From Syntrophales bacterium (GTDB taxonomy: Bacteria; Desulfobacterota; Syntrophia; Syntrophales; UBA2210): a stretch of DNA of 62,279 nt. The stretch is taken from positions 1 to 62,279 of the forward strand of contig JAQULO010000005.1 of the NCBI GenBank assembly GCA_028718565.1, written 5' to 3'. The notes beneath the pieces are model-generated. The model was not told the origin of the DNA and did not search any database. It was given only the letters and a program-made list of their open reading frames with translations. Shown here piece after piece: positions 44,832-53,708 of this stretch (positions are counted from its first letter, which is position 1; each line of letters begins with the position of its first letter). Both the position numbers and the translations under genes were made by a program.

Positions 44832-44846
44832 TGGCACATAAATTGC
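44832..44846 (+). promoter_or_regulatory. Sigma-54 (-24/-12) promoter TGGCAC-ATAAA-TTGCT
   Basis: Matches the TGGCAC-N5-TTGC consensus with exact GG/GC spacing. Lies in a non-coding gap. Confidence 0.6.
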
Positions 44847-44856
44847 TAACCTAGAT

Positions 44857-44990
44857 AGGCAAGCGAGTCGAAGTTAACCTCCTCCGATTCAAGCTTAAAC
44901 CCTGAAAGAGCCGGTCAAGGCAGGCAGATCCATTCTTGATCGGCGCACCTCCTCCTTCCCGGGAAGCCCTAGGGCTTCCCGGGATTTTTT
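44857..44990 (+). ncRNA. Candidate sigma-54-dependent small RNA (about 134 nt) with two CCUCCUCC motifs
   Basis: Bounded by the sigma-54 promoter and a perfect terminator. Contains no ATG or GTG. CCTCCTCC occurs at 44878-44885 and 44948-44955, flanking the stem 44884-44893/44935-44943. Confidence 0.4.
44958..44990 (+). terminator. Strong intrinsic terminator
   Basis: CCCGGGAAGCCC-TA-GGGCTTCCCGGG perfect palindrome followed by ATTTTTT. There is no U-tract on the other strand. Confidence 0.85.
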
Positions 44991-45138
44991 ATTGTCCTTT
45001 TCAACACCCTTAAACTCGTAAAAAAGCAAGGCTGCGGCATGATATCACGCCCTGTTGTCCTTGAAGACGCGTGACTGTCTGTGATAAGGGACAGACGATG
45101 TCGAGCATATTCAACAACACCACAAGGCACGGTCCGGG

Positions 45139-45819
45139 ATGAACCAAGAGAGAACAATAGGAGAAGGAATCTACATCATAGGGGGTCCCGGCATCACGCA
45201 TGCCGCCGATGCAACCTCCTTCATTGTTGAATGCGGCACAGAACTCGTTATGATTGACTCGGGAGCAGGCAAAACGGAGCACCTTCTCGTGGAGCATATA
45301 GAGGGGTTGGGGCTCGACCCGGGAAACCTCTCAACTCTGATTCTCACCCATTGCCACATAGACCACATCGGTGCGGCACCTTATTTCAAGAAGAGATTCG
45401 GGTGTACGCTGGTCATCCACAATCTGGATGCGGACGCCGTGGAGAGCGGCGATCCGGTAGCGACCGCCGCCAATCTGTACGGAACGACCTTTCCCTCGAC
45501 ACACGTAGACACACGGCTTAGCGGGGATGGGGGGACCCTTTCCTTTGGGGGAGAGCAGATACACTGGATACATACCCCGGGGCACACACCCGGCTCACTG
45601 AGCATCTATTGCGACCGGGGGGACGAACGCATCTTATTCGGGCAGGACATACACGGCCCCTTTCTTCCCGATTTTGGTTCCGACATCGGAGCGTGGAAAA
45701 GGTCCATGATGAAACTGTTCAACCTGGAGGCCGATATCCTCTGCGAAGGGCATTTCGGGATCTTCCGTTCGAAGGAACGTGTAAGATCGTACATCATGGG
45801 CTATCTGACACGCTACTGA
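45139..45819 (+). CDS. MBL-fold metallo-hydrolase
   Basis: 226 aa. HCHIDHIGA (HxHxDH) and downstream His/Asp ligands (TPGHTPGS). Confidence 0.7.
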   Translation: MNQERTIGEGIYIIGGPGITHAADATSFIVECGTELVMIDSGAGKTEHLLVEHIEGLGLDPGNLSTLILTHCHIDHIGAAPYFKKRFGCTLVIHNLDADAVESGDPVATAANLYGTTFPSTHVDTRLSGDGGTLSFGGEQIHWIHTPGHTPGSLSIYCDRGDERILFGQDIHGPFLPDFGSDIGAWKRSMMKLFNLEADILCEGHFGIFRSKERVRSYIMGYLTRY

Positions 45820-45939
45820 AGGCGGCAGTCCTTCAAACACCCAAGGAATCTTCAATACCTGCGAGATGCCTGTCGGTTAAAAACAGCCTGGTATTTTCTC
45901 CCGCTATCTGTTAGAAGAGCCCGTAAAGGATGGGTTTCT

Positions 45940-46545
45940 ATGCGAATACCGGGGCGACAGGAGTGCTATCGCATCATGCATATGATGGAGATGATGGATC
46001 ATATCGTGGCCCATTCTCTTCAGGTCTGCCGCGTAGCCCTCTTCCTCTCCGATTCCCTTGAGGCGAATCTCAACCCGGATCTCGTCCAGGCGGCCGCGCT
46101 GCTGCACGACATCACCAAAACGAGGGGGATACAGACCCGGGAAAATCACGCACAGACCGGAAAGCAACTCCTCGTAGATCTGGGGTATCCCGAGGTTGGA
46201 ATTATTGTCGGACAGCATGTCCTTCTGGACGGGCACGTTACTTCCAATACCCCGACGGAAGCGGAGGTGGTTAATTACGCCGACAAACGGGTAGTTCACG
46301 ACAAAGTGGCAACGCTCGCGCAGCGGATAGAGTATATTATGGGGCGGTATGGAACAGAACCCGAGCGCAGGGGGTATATCCACGTGCTCAGAGAAAGAGC
46401 TAAAGACCTGGAAGATCGTCTGTTCCGTTTCTGCCCCTTTGCCCCCGCAGAGATGGAAGCCCTCCTTGGGCCTGACACCTGTTCCACTGAACTTTCAGAC
46501 TACTGCAGAATAAATAGCACCGGCAAGGTTGCCACGGGACACTAG
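45940..46545 (+). CDS. HD-domain phosphohydrolase
   Basis: 201 aa. H...HD motif (AHSLQV...LLHDITK). Confidence 0.7.
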   Translation: MRIPGRQECYRIMHMMEMMDHIVAHSLQVCRVALFLSDSLEANLNPDLVQAAALLHDITKTRGIQTRENHAQTGKQLLVDLGYPEVGIIVGQHVLLDGHVTSNTPTEAEVVNYADKRVVHDKVATLAQRIEYIMGRYGTEPERRGYIHVLRERAKDLEDRLFRFCPFAPAEMEALLGPDTCSTELSDYCRINSTGKVATGH

Positions 46546-46734
46546 TTGATTTTTTGTGGGGCAGTTGTCTTTGATGCACTCGTAGAAAGTCATCATTTGT
46601 TAATGCGTACTACAGGCTTTAAAGCCCTTGACAAAATGGGACCGAGGGCGTAAGTAGCGGCGTGCAACGACAGGGTTCGACTCATTGAAACCGGAGTGAC
46701 TAGAATTTTCCGAGAGCAGGTAATCTCAGACATC

Positions 46735-46974
46735 ATGACCGTGAAACCCAAAAAAGGCAGGATAGTGATCGACAGCAGACTCTGCAAGGGTTGCTATCTG
46801 TGCATATCGGTATGCCCGAACAAATGCATCGTTATTTCCGAGGAATCGAACGAAAAGGGGTATCATCCGGCCGAATTCACGGAAACGAAGGATGGTAAAG
46901 ACCGCGCATGTACGGGTTGCGCCCTCTGCGCATGTATCTGCCCTGATATCGCAATAGAGGTCTATCGTGAATAA
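46735..46974 (+). CDS. 2-oxoacid:ferredoxin oxidoreductase delta subunit (2x[4Fe-4S] ferredoxin)
   Basis: Two CxxCxxCxxxCP motifs (CKGCYLCISVCP, CTGCALCACICP). Confidence 0.8.
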   Translation: MTVKPKKGRIVIDSRLCKGCYLCISVCPNKCIVISEESNEKGYHPAEFTETKDGKDRACTGCALCACICPDIAIEVYRE

Positions 46975-48049
46975 GAAGCTGCTGATGAGGGGAAGTCAGG
47001 TAATCGGTGAGGCGGCCATACGCGCAGGATGCCGGTTTTACGCGGGTTATCCTATAACGCCGCAGAATGAGCTTCCCGAATTCATGTCCGGCGCAATGGC
47101 CAGTCTGGAGGGCGGCACATTTATCCAGGCCGAAAGTGAGATCGCCGCCATCAATATGGTGATCGGAGCATCCATGGCGGGGGCGCGGGCGATGACCAGT
47201 TCATCCAGCCCGGGCATAAGCCTCAAGCAGGAGGGCATATCCTTTCTGGCGGCACTGGAGCTTCCTGCGGTCATCGTGAATGTTATGCGGGGCGGCCCAG
47301 GCCTCGGGAATATAGCCCCCTCCCAAGGGGATTACTTCCAGGCCACCAGGGGGGGCGGACACGGCGACTATCGCACCATAGTCCTCGCTCCGGCCCACGG
47401 GCAGGAGTTGGCCGATCTTACAGAGAAGGCCTTTGAATATGCAGACAGATACCGTACGCCCGTCATGATCCTGGCCGACGGCATGATGGGCCAGATGATG
47501 GAACCCGTTATACTTCCCGACCCCGTCAATCTGGACACATTGCCCCCCAAACCATGGGTCCTGGATGGGGCACAGGGAAGACCGAGCAGGATAATCAGGT
47601 CCCTGATCCTCGACACGGTGGGGATGGAGGAGCACAACTGGAAGCTCGAACGAAAATACAAAATGATCTCGGATGAAATTCCTCGCGCGGAAACGTATAT
47701 GACGGAAGATGCCCGGCTCGTGGTCATCGCCTATGGAACCGCCGCGCGGATAGCCAGGGGCGGTATCAAAAGGGCACGTGAGATGGGACTCAAGGTAGGG
47801 CTCCTGCGGCCTGTCACCCTGTGGCCCTTTCCTGAGCGCGCCATCCGGGAAATGAGTAGATTAGTAAAGGATTTCATGGTTTTTGAGATGAATACCGGGC
47901 AGATGATTGACGATGTAAAACTATCCCTTGAAGGGAGAAGCAACGTACACTTCTACGGTCGGCCGGGGGGGGTCGTCTCCACCCCGGATGAGTTGGCCAA
48001 AGCGATCAGCAGCCTGTATTACCGGCAGAATCTTAAAAAAGAGGGTTGA
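46967..48049 (+). CDS. 2-oxoacid:ferredoxin oxidoreductase alpha subunit
   Basis: 360 aa. GSQVIGEAAIRAGCRFYAGYPITPQNE, a typical Kor/Vor/Por alpha N-terminus. Confidence 0.85.
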   Translation: MNKKLLMRGSQVIGEAAIRAGCRFYAGYPITPQNELPEFMSGAMASLEGGTFIQAESEIAAINMVIGASMAGARAMTSSSSPGISLKQEGISFLAALELPAVIVNVMRGGPGLGNIAPSQGDYFQATRGGGHGDYRTIVLAPAHGQELADLTEKAFEYADRYRTPVMILADGMMGQMMEPVILPDPVNLDTLPPKPWVLDGAQGRPSRIIRSLILDTVGMEEHNWKLERKYKMISDEIPRAETYMTEDARLVVIAYGTAARIARGGIKRAREMGLKVGLLRPVTLWPFPERAIREMSRLVKDFMVFEMNTGQMIDDVKLSLEGRSNVHFYGRPGGVVSTPDELAKAISSLYYRQNLKKEG

Positions 48050-48052
48050 TGG

Positions 48053-48796
48053 ATGGAAAAGCTTGTCTTTACCAGACCACGATACATGAAAAAGGCGCCC
48101 TTCCACTACTGTCCCGGGTGCGGGCACAGCATCATCCACCGACTGGTGGCTGAGGTTATCGATGAACTCGGGATAGGGGACAAAACGATTGGTGTTCCAC
48201 CGGCTGGGTGCGCAGTCCTCGCCTACGATTATTTCGACGTTGACATGGGGGAAGCCCCCCACGGAAGAGCCGCGGCGGTGGCCACGGGGATAAAACGTAT
48301 TCTCCCCGACAAAATAGTGTTTACCTACCAGGGCGACGGAGATATAGCTGCCATAGGAACCGCTGAAACTATCCATTCCGCCAACAGAGGCGAAAATATT
48401 ACCGTTATTTTTGTCAACAACTCTTGTTACGGGATGACGGGCGGACAGATGGCTCCCACGACTCTGCTCGGCCAGAAATCCACCACCACACCGGGTGGTC
48501 GCAATAAAGATCGTGATGGAGCGCCTATCGATCTGAGCCAAATGCTGGCCCTAACCCAGGGGGCCGCCTATATAGAGCGAACAGCGGTAAATTCCATAAA
48601 AAACATAATAAAGACCAAGAAAGCCCTTACAAAAGCCTTCAAGGTACAGATGGCGGGCATAGGGTTCTCGCTCATCGAAATTCTTTCACCCTGTCCTACC
48701 AACTGGAAGATGTCCACGGTAGATGCCTGCAGGCGGATAGATGAAGAGGTTACGCAGACATTTCCCCTTAAAGTTATAAAAGACGAAACAGCTTAA
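48053..48796 (+). CDS. 2-oxoacid:ferredoxin oxidoreductase beta subunit (TPP-binding)
   Basis: 247 aa. CPGCGH and GDGD...NN TPP motif. Confidence 0.85.
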   Translation: MEKLVFTRPRYMKKAPFHYCPGCGHSIIHRLVAEVIDELGIGDKTIGVPPAGCAVLAYDYFDVDMGEAPHGRAAAVATGIKRILPDKIVFTYQGDGDIAAIGTAETIHSANRGENITVIFVNNSCYGMTGGQMAPTTLLGQKSTTTPGGRNKDRDGAPIDLSQMLALTQGAAYIERTAVNSIKNIIKTKKALTKAFKVQMAGIGFSLIEILSPCPTNWKMSTVDACRRIDEEVTQTFPLKVIKDETA

Positions 48797-48811
48797 AGAA
48801 GGTTGTCTCTT

Positions 48812-49360
48812 ATGAAAAAAACTGTCTTTGCGGGATTCGGTGGACAGGGTGTCCTGATGATGGGTTATGTCTTTGCGGTGGCGGCAATGCGTGACGGCAA
48901 GGAAGTGACCTATCTGCCCGCCTACGGAGCAGAGATGCGTGGAGGTACGGCAAATTGCACGGTCGTTGTGTCGGATGAAGAAATATTCTCCCCTGTAGCC
49001 TCTTCACCCGATTTTGCGGTAATTATGAGTAAACCTTCTCTGCTGAAATATGAGGGGATAATGAGAGAAGGAGGAGTCGTCCTCCTCAATTCAAACCATG
49101 TAAGCAGGCCTCTGACCAGGGAAGACTTGAACTCTATACGGATACCTGCCGTCGAGCTGGCGAAGGAACTTGGGAGTGAGCGTGTCGTCAACATGATTAT
49201 GCTGGGGGCATTTGCGGCCTATACGAAGATGACGTCTCTTGACTCGATCATGAATGGTCTCTCCGAAATCGTGAAGGACATCAATCCTTCGGTCATGAAG
49301 CTGAATCGCAAGGGCCTGGACAGGGGTGCTGAATATATTCTGAAGGGGGATTTGCAGTGA
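48812..49360 (+). CDS. 2-oxoacid:ferredoxin oxidoreductase gamma subunit
   Basis: MKKTVFAGFGGQGVL N-terminus typical of gamma subunits. ATG 48812 preferred over TTG 48803. Confidence 0.85.
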   Translation: MKKTVFAGFGGQGVLMMGYVFAVAAMRDGKEVTYLPAYGAEMRGGTANCTVVVSDEEIFSPVASSPDFAVIMSKPSLLKYEGIMREGGVVLLNSNHVSRPLTREDLNSIRIPAVELAKELGSERVVNMIMLGAFAAYTKMTSLDSIMNGLSEIVKDINPSVMKLNRKGLDRGAEYILKGDLQ

Positions 49361-49788
49361 AGACGGTAAAACAAATCGAGCTCTGGCTGAAAGACATACC
49401 GGGTCAGGTCTCCGATGTTAGTGACATATTGAGTGACAACAGGGTCAACATGCTGGCCTGTTGCTACACGAAAACGCGGGAAGAGGAAGGGCTCTTTTAT
49501 TTTGTCGCCAACGATCCCGATAAGGCGGTAAATGTATTAAAGTCTGCGGGCTACAAGATAAAGACAAAACAGGTTTTAGCGTGCGAGATACCGAACCACC
49601 CCGGGGGAATTAATGTTGTCTTAAAGTTGTTGAAAAAGGCACAGGTCAATCTTGATTACATATATCCCTGCATGGGAACCGGCCTCACCACAATCGTCAT
49701 ACTTGGCCTGGGACCGGTCAAAAAAGCTGTGAAGATTATGGAAGATAACTGGGTAAGGGTATGGGGTTCCGATCTGTATCATATATGA
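49357..49788 (+). CDS. ACT-domain (amino-acid-binding) protein
   Basis: 143 aa, two ACT-like beta-alpha-beta-beta-alpha-beta halves. 4-nt overlap with the gamma subunit. Confidence 0.6.
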   Translation: MKTVKQIELWLKDIPGQVSDVSDILSDNRVNMLACCYTKTREEEGLFYFVANDPDKAVNVLKSAGYKIKTKQVLACEIPNHPGGINVVLKLLKKAQVNLDYIYPCMGTGLTTIVILGLGPVKKAVKIMEDNWVRVWGSDLYHI

Positions 49789-50080
49789 TCGCATCCTGTC
49801 CGGAAGCAGAAGAACGCGGGATATCCCTGTCCTGCCCGACTGCAAAGCACACGCAGCTACGCCTCGTTATATCCTATTTTTCATACGAATGTACCCCCAA
49901 AGCCCTTTACAAGAAACGCGGTCGGTGCTAGCTTTATAAAGCTCCCCTCCGCCTTTAAACGGTTCTTAATGGCGTCCTGATGAAACTTTAAGGGGATTGT
50001 GAGTGTAATGTTTCATACAGACCGCGTTGTTGAGACCGGACGCTATTGTACTTTATACACCGGGAGGAATTGAAATATAT

Positions 50081-51127
50081 ATGACAGGCAAAAAGACATC
50101 ATACAGAGAGGCGGGGGTGGATATCGACAAGGCCAACGCCTTCGTCGACAAGATAAAACCGCTTGTAAAGACCACTGCGCGCCAGGGAGCTGTCGGGGAG
50201 ATAGGCAATTTTGGCGGCCTTTTTCACCTGGGCACCAACAAGTACAAAAACCCTCTGCTCGTTTCAACGACGGATGGAGTCGGCACAAAGCTTAAAATAG
50301 CCCACATGATGAACATTCACAATACTATCGGCATCGACCTCGTTGCAATGAGTGTCAACGACCTGATCGTCCAGGGTGCGGAACCCCTTTTTTTCCTGGA
50401 TTATATAGCCACAGGAAAACTGAGTGTTGAGAAAAGCGTACAGATAATCGAAGGGATAGCAAAGGGCTGCGTCGAGGCAGGGTGCGCGCTTACCGGTGGA
50501 GAGACCGCCGAAATGCCGGGGTTCTACAAGGATGATGAATATGATCTGGCCGGGTTCTGTGTAGGCGTTGTTGAATACGACAACCTTATTGACGGCTCCG
50601 AGGTCAGGGTGGGAGACAGCATTATCGGTCTGGCGTCGAATGGAGTCCACAGCAACGGGTATTCCCTTGTCCGAAAAGTACTGTTCGAACAGGCAGGCCT
50701 TGATGTAAACGATTCAGTAGAAGGCATCGAAGGTTCCATCGGCATGGAACTTCTCCGTCCGACAAAGATATACGTAAAACCGATCCTGAACCTTATCAAA
50801 AACTTCACCATACACGGGATAGCACATATTACAGGTGGAGGGCTTACGGAAAATATCCCAAGGATACTGCCTCAGCGATGTGGGGCGGTTATCATTCGGG
50901 AAAACTGGACCCCTCCCGCCATCTTCAGGATTATTCAGGACAGGGGCTGCGTTGATGGTGCTGAGATGCTCAGGGTATTCAATATGGGTATCGGGATGAT
51001 AATTATCGTTCCGGAAAAGGATTCGAAAGAGATCGCCTCTCATCTGGAGAGGCTTGGAGAACAAGCCTATATAATCGGTCATATCACAAATCGGGATGAA
51101 GAGAGCCCGGCTATCACATTCGAGTAA
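50081..51127 (+). CDS. purM: Phosphoribosylformylglycinamidine cyclo-ligase (AIR synthetase)
   Basis: SYREAGVDID, DGVGTKL. GGGAGG SD upstream of ATG 50081. Confidence 0.95.
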   Translation: MTGKKTSYREAGVDIDKANAFVDKIKPLVKTTARQGAVGEIGNFGGLFHLGTNKYKNPLLVSTTDGVGTKLKIAHMMNIHNTIGIDLVAMSVNDLIVQGAEPLFFLDYIATGKLSVEKSVQIIEGIAKGCVEAGCALTGGETAEMPGFYKDDEYDLAGFCVGVVEYDNLIDGSEVRVGDSIIGLASNGVHSNGYSLVRKVLFEQAGLDVNDSVEGIEGSIGMELLRPTKIYVKPILNLIKNFTIHGIAHITGGGLTENIPRILPQRCGAVIIRENWTPPAIFRIIQDRGCVDGAEMLRVFNMGIGMIIIVPEKDSKEIASHLERLGEQAYIIGHITNRDEESPAITFE

Positions 51128-51131
51128 AGAG

Positions 51132-51794
51132 ATGACAAAGATAAACCTGGGCGTCCTGGTTTCCGGCAGCGGGACCAACCTGCAATCCATAATCGACAGC
51201 ATCGAAGCGGACAAACTGGACGCGACAATCCGGGTGGTAATAAGCAACGTTCCCGGTGTTCGATCGCTGGAAAGGGCGAAGAAGCATAATATCCCCGCAG
51301 TGGTGATCAATCACGAAAAATATGCCGCACGGGAAGAATTTGACCGGGAGGTTGTTGCCGTCTTAAAGACCCATCGCGTAGATCTTGTGATCATGGCGGG
51401 ATTCATGCGGATACTGACATCGCCCCTCCTGAAGGCCTTCCCCCTGAAGATAATGAACATCCACCCGGCCCTCCTCCCCTCCTTTCAGGGTCTCCATGTC
51501 CAGGAGAAGGCCCTCAATTACGGAGTGAAATTTTCCGGGTGCACGGTCCACTTTGTCGATGAGGGGGTTGATACCGGACCTATCATTATCCAGGCTGTTG
51601 TTCCCGTGTACGACGACGACACGGCACAGATGCTCCAGCAGAGGATATTGAAAGAGGAACACAGAATCTATCCGCAGGCAATCCAGCTTTACGCAGAGGG
51701 GAGGCTTGAGGTCACCGGACGGAAGGTACACATAAAAGATACCCCTCCGATGAAAACCTCATCCCTGCACAACCCCCCCCTGGAAAAGTTTTAG
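51132..51794 (+). CDS. purN: Phosphoribosylglycinamide formyltransferase
   Basis: LGVLVSGSGTNLQSII, NIHPALLP, and the GCTVHFVDEGVDTGPII motif. Confidence 0.92.
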   Translation: MTKINLGVLVSGSGTNLQSIIDSIEADKLDATIRVVISNVPGVRSLERAKKHNIPAVVINHEKYAAREEFDREVVAVLKTHRVDLVIMAGFMRILTSPLLKAFPLKIMNIHPALLPSFQGLHVQEKALNYGVKFSGCTVHFVDEGVDTGPIIIQAVVPVYDDDTAQMLQQRILKEEHRIYPQAIQLYAEGRLEVTGRKVHIKDTPPMKTSSLHNPPLEKF

Positions 51795-51795
51795 T

Positions 51796-52266
51796 ATGAT
51801 TATTGTGAGCGCGTGCCTCCTTGGCTTCAATTGCAGGTATGACGGGGGAACTCACCTTGAGGAAGCCCTGTTCGTGCCCGCTTTAAAAAGATTCCTTGTG
51901 CCCGTCTGCCCGGAGCAACTCGGCGGGCTTTCCACGCCACGTGCCCCCTCGGAGATAAAAGGCGGGGATGGGTTGGATGTGCTTGAAGGACGCTCTCGGG
52001 TTGTTTCTGCCTCAGGGGGGGACGTTACGAACTGTTTCCTGCGGGGCGCACATGAGGTGATGCGTTTCATGGAACTAATGGGTATAGAAACCGCGATTAT
52101 GAAAGAGAAGAGCCCCTCCTGCGGGGTGTTTCATATAAAGAGTAGCGGCTCAATCGTTCGAGGGTCGGGCGTCACATCGGCCCTTCTCGGAAAAAACGGT
52201 GTACGGGTCATATCATCTGACAAGATTAAGGACGAATTGAAATTCATTGTAGGCCAGGTGATGTAG
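51796..52266 (+). CDS. DUF523 (TudS-like) protein
   Basis: MIIVSACLLGFNCRYDGG and SPSCG Cys ligands typical of DUF523. Confidence 0.75.
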   Translation: MIIVSACLLGFNCRYDGGTHLEEALFVPALKRFLVPVCPEQLGGLSTPRAPSEIKGGDGLDVLEGRSRVVSASGGDVTNCFLRGAHEVMRFMELMGIETAIMKEKSPSCGVFHIKSSGSIVRGSGVTSALLGKNGVRVISSDKIKDELKFIVGQVM

Positions 52267-52269
52267 CGT

Positions 52270-53706
52270 ATGTATGATACCATTGTATTGGGGAATGATC
52301 CGGGCTCCCTGGTAGCCGCAGTTACCCTGGCAAAACAGGGGAGAAAGACACTCCTCCTGGCAGATGATGCCCCTCCATGCTACTCGGAATCGGGGTACAC
52401 GTTCGATATCGACCCCCTCCCCTGGACCGGGTTCAACAGGGGCAATGTCTTCAAACAGTTCCTCTCCCACCTGGGGCTGCCCCAGGAAGATCTCGTTGAA
52501 AATCCCCCGCTCCAGATAATTCTTCGAAAGCATAGAATAGAACTGTGCGGGGAGGTGACCCAGGATATAAAGGAGATGAAACGCGAGTTTCCAGGCGAGA
52601 CCGAAAAGATACTCGGTCTTTACACCTCCATCGCAAAGAGCGGTTTGTTCGCATCGGGCCTGATCGACAAGGGCTTGCACCTCCGACCGGAAACCATGAA
52701 GGACCATATCAAGCTTCTTCTCAATAAACCCTTAATTGCTCTCAAGAAAATGACCTTTACGGCAAACCTCAAAACGATTCGAAAGCAACCATCACTCGGC
52801 AAGATGCTGGAGGCCCAGATTCTTCTCCTGTCCCATCTCGATCCTCGCGGTAGAAGCCCGATCTCTTTTGCACGGACACTCTCCGTGGCCCTGCGGGGAT
52901 TGTCTTACTACGGGGAGGGCAAGCACCTCCTTATAGCGCGACTGAAGAAAAAATTCGAGGCCGACGGAGGCGTTATAGAGACACGTCCCCTCTCAACGCT
53001 CGATATGGAACGGGTCATCAAGGCCAATCTGAAATCTTACGATGCACAGGGCGATGACATACCAACAGTTTATGGAAGAAACATAATAATAAGTACACAT
53101 TATGAAAAGCTTGCTTCTCTCCTTGAGGAAAACAAAGAGCTTGTATCGCTCAGAAAACTCTATAACGGGAGAAAGCCATACCTCTACCCCTTTACCCTGC
53201 ACATGGGAGTATATGACAGATGTATACCGGAAAAAATGGGGACATATGTTGCCGTTGTACCGGATGAAAACGAACCCCTTGAAGACGGGAATCTCCTGTT
53301 TATGGAGGCGAGCGAACCGGGAAACACCCTGCGGGCGCCTGATGGAAAGAGAGCCATCAGCGTTACCGCCTTTCTGAAGAATGCCCCCTCGGAATCAGCC
53401 GACGACGACCTCAAAAAGACCGCGAAAGATATGTTGAACAACCTGGGGTTTTTCCTCCCCTTCCTGAATGAAAATATCGACTTTATCAACCCCGAAGAAT
53501 CTATAAACATATCAAAGAACTATCAAAAAATCACTGGTTCTAAATACACGGTGAAAAGCCCTCTCATGGGGATGTCGTTTATGTCAAACAGGACCCCCAT
53601 GAAAAACGTTTTTTTGACAGGAGACATTCTTATTCCAGGGCTTGGATTCGAGGGAGAAATCATGTCCGGGATAAACGCTGCGAGACTTGCAACAGGGAGA
53701 GAGTAG
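52270..53706 (+). CDS. Phytoene-desaturase-like NAD(P)/FAD oxidoreductase with degenerate dinucleotide motif
   Basis: 478 aa. The N-terminal beta-alpha-beta reads DTIVLGNDPGSLVAAVTLAKQG (GxGxxG degraded to GNDPGS). C-terminal FLTGD... motif. Confidence 0.55.
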   Translation: MYDTIVLGNDPGSLVAAVTLAKQGRKTLLLADDAPPCYSESGYTFDIDPLPWTGFNRGNVFKQFLSHLGLPQEDLVENPPLQIILRKHRIELCGEVTQDIKEMKREFPGETEKILGLYTSIAKSGLFASGLIDKGLHLRPETMKDHIKLLLNKPLIALKKMTFTANLKTIRKQPSLGKMLEAQILLLSHLDPRGRSPISFARTLSVALRGLSYYGEGKHLLIARLKKKFEADGGVIETRPLSTLDMERVIKANLKSYDAQGDDIPTVYGRNIIISTHYEKLASLLEENKELVSLRKLYNGRKPYLYPFTLHMGVYDRCIPEKMGTYVAVVPDENEPLEDGNLLFMEASEPGNTLRAPDGKRAISVTAFLKNAPSESADDDLKKTAKDMLNNLGFFLPFLNENIDFINPEESINISKNYQKITGSKYTVKSPLMGMSFMSNRTPMKNVFLTGDILIPGLGFEGEIMSGINAARLATGRE

Positions 53707-53708
53707 CT

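Noticed and set aside
46600-46690. tRNA-like T-arm sequence GGTTCGACTC upstream of the oxidoreductase operon.
   Set aside because: The flanking bases cannot form T, anticodon or acceptor stems, so it is not a tRNA. I found no tRNA or rRNA genes anywhere in the window.
49789-50080. Purine or ZTP riboswitch upstream of purM, and the 14-nt palindrome AGCTTTATAAAGCT (49930-49943).
   Set aside because: There is no match to the purine-riboswitch core or the ZTP (pfl) motif. The palindrome might be an operator, but a single AT-rich palindrome is weak evidence.
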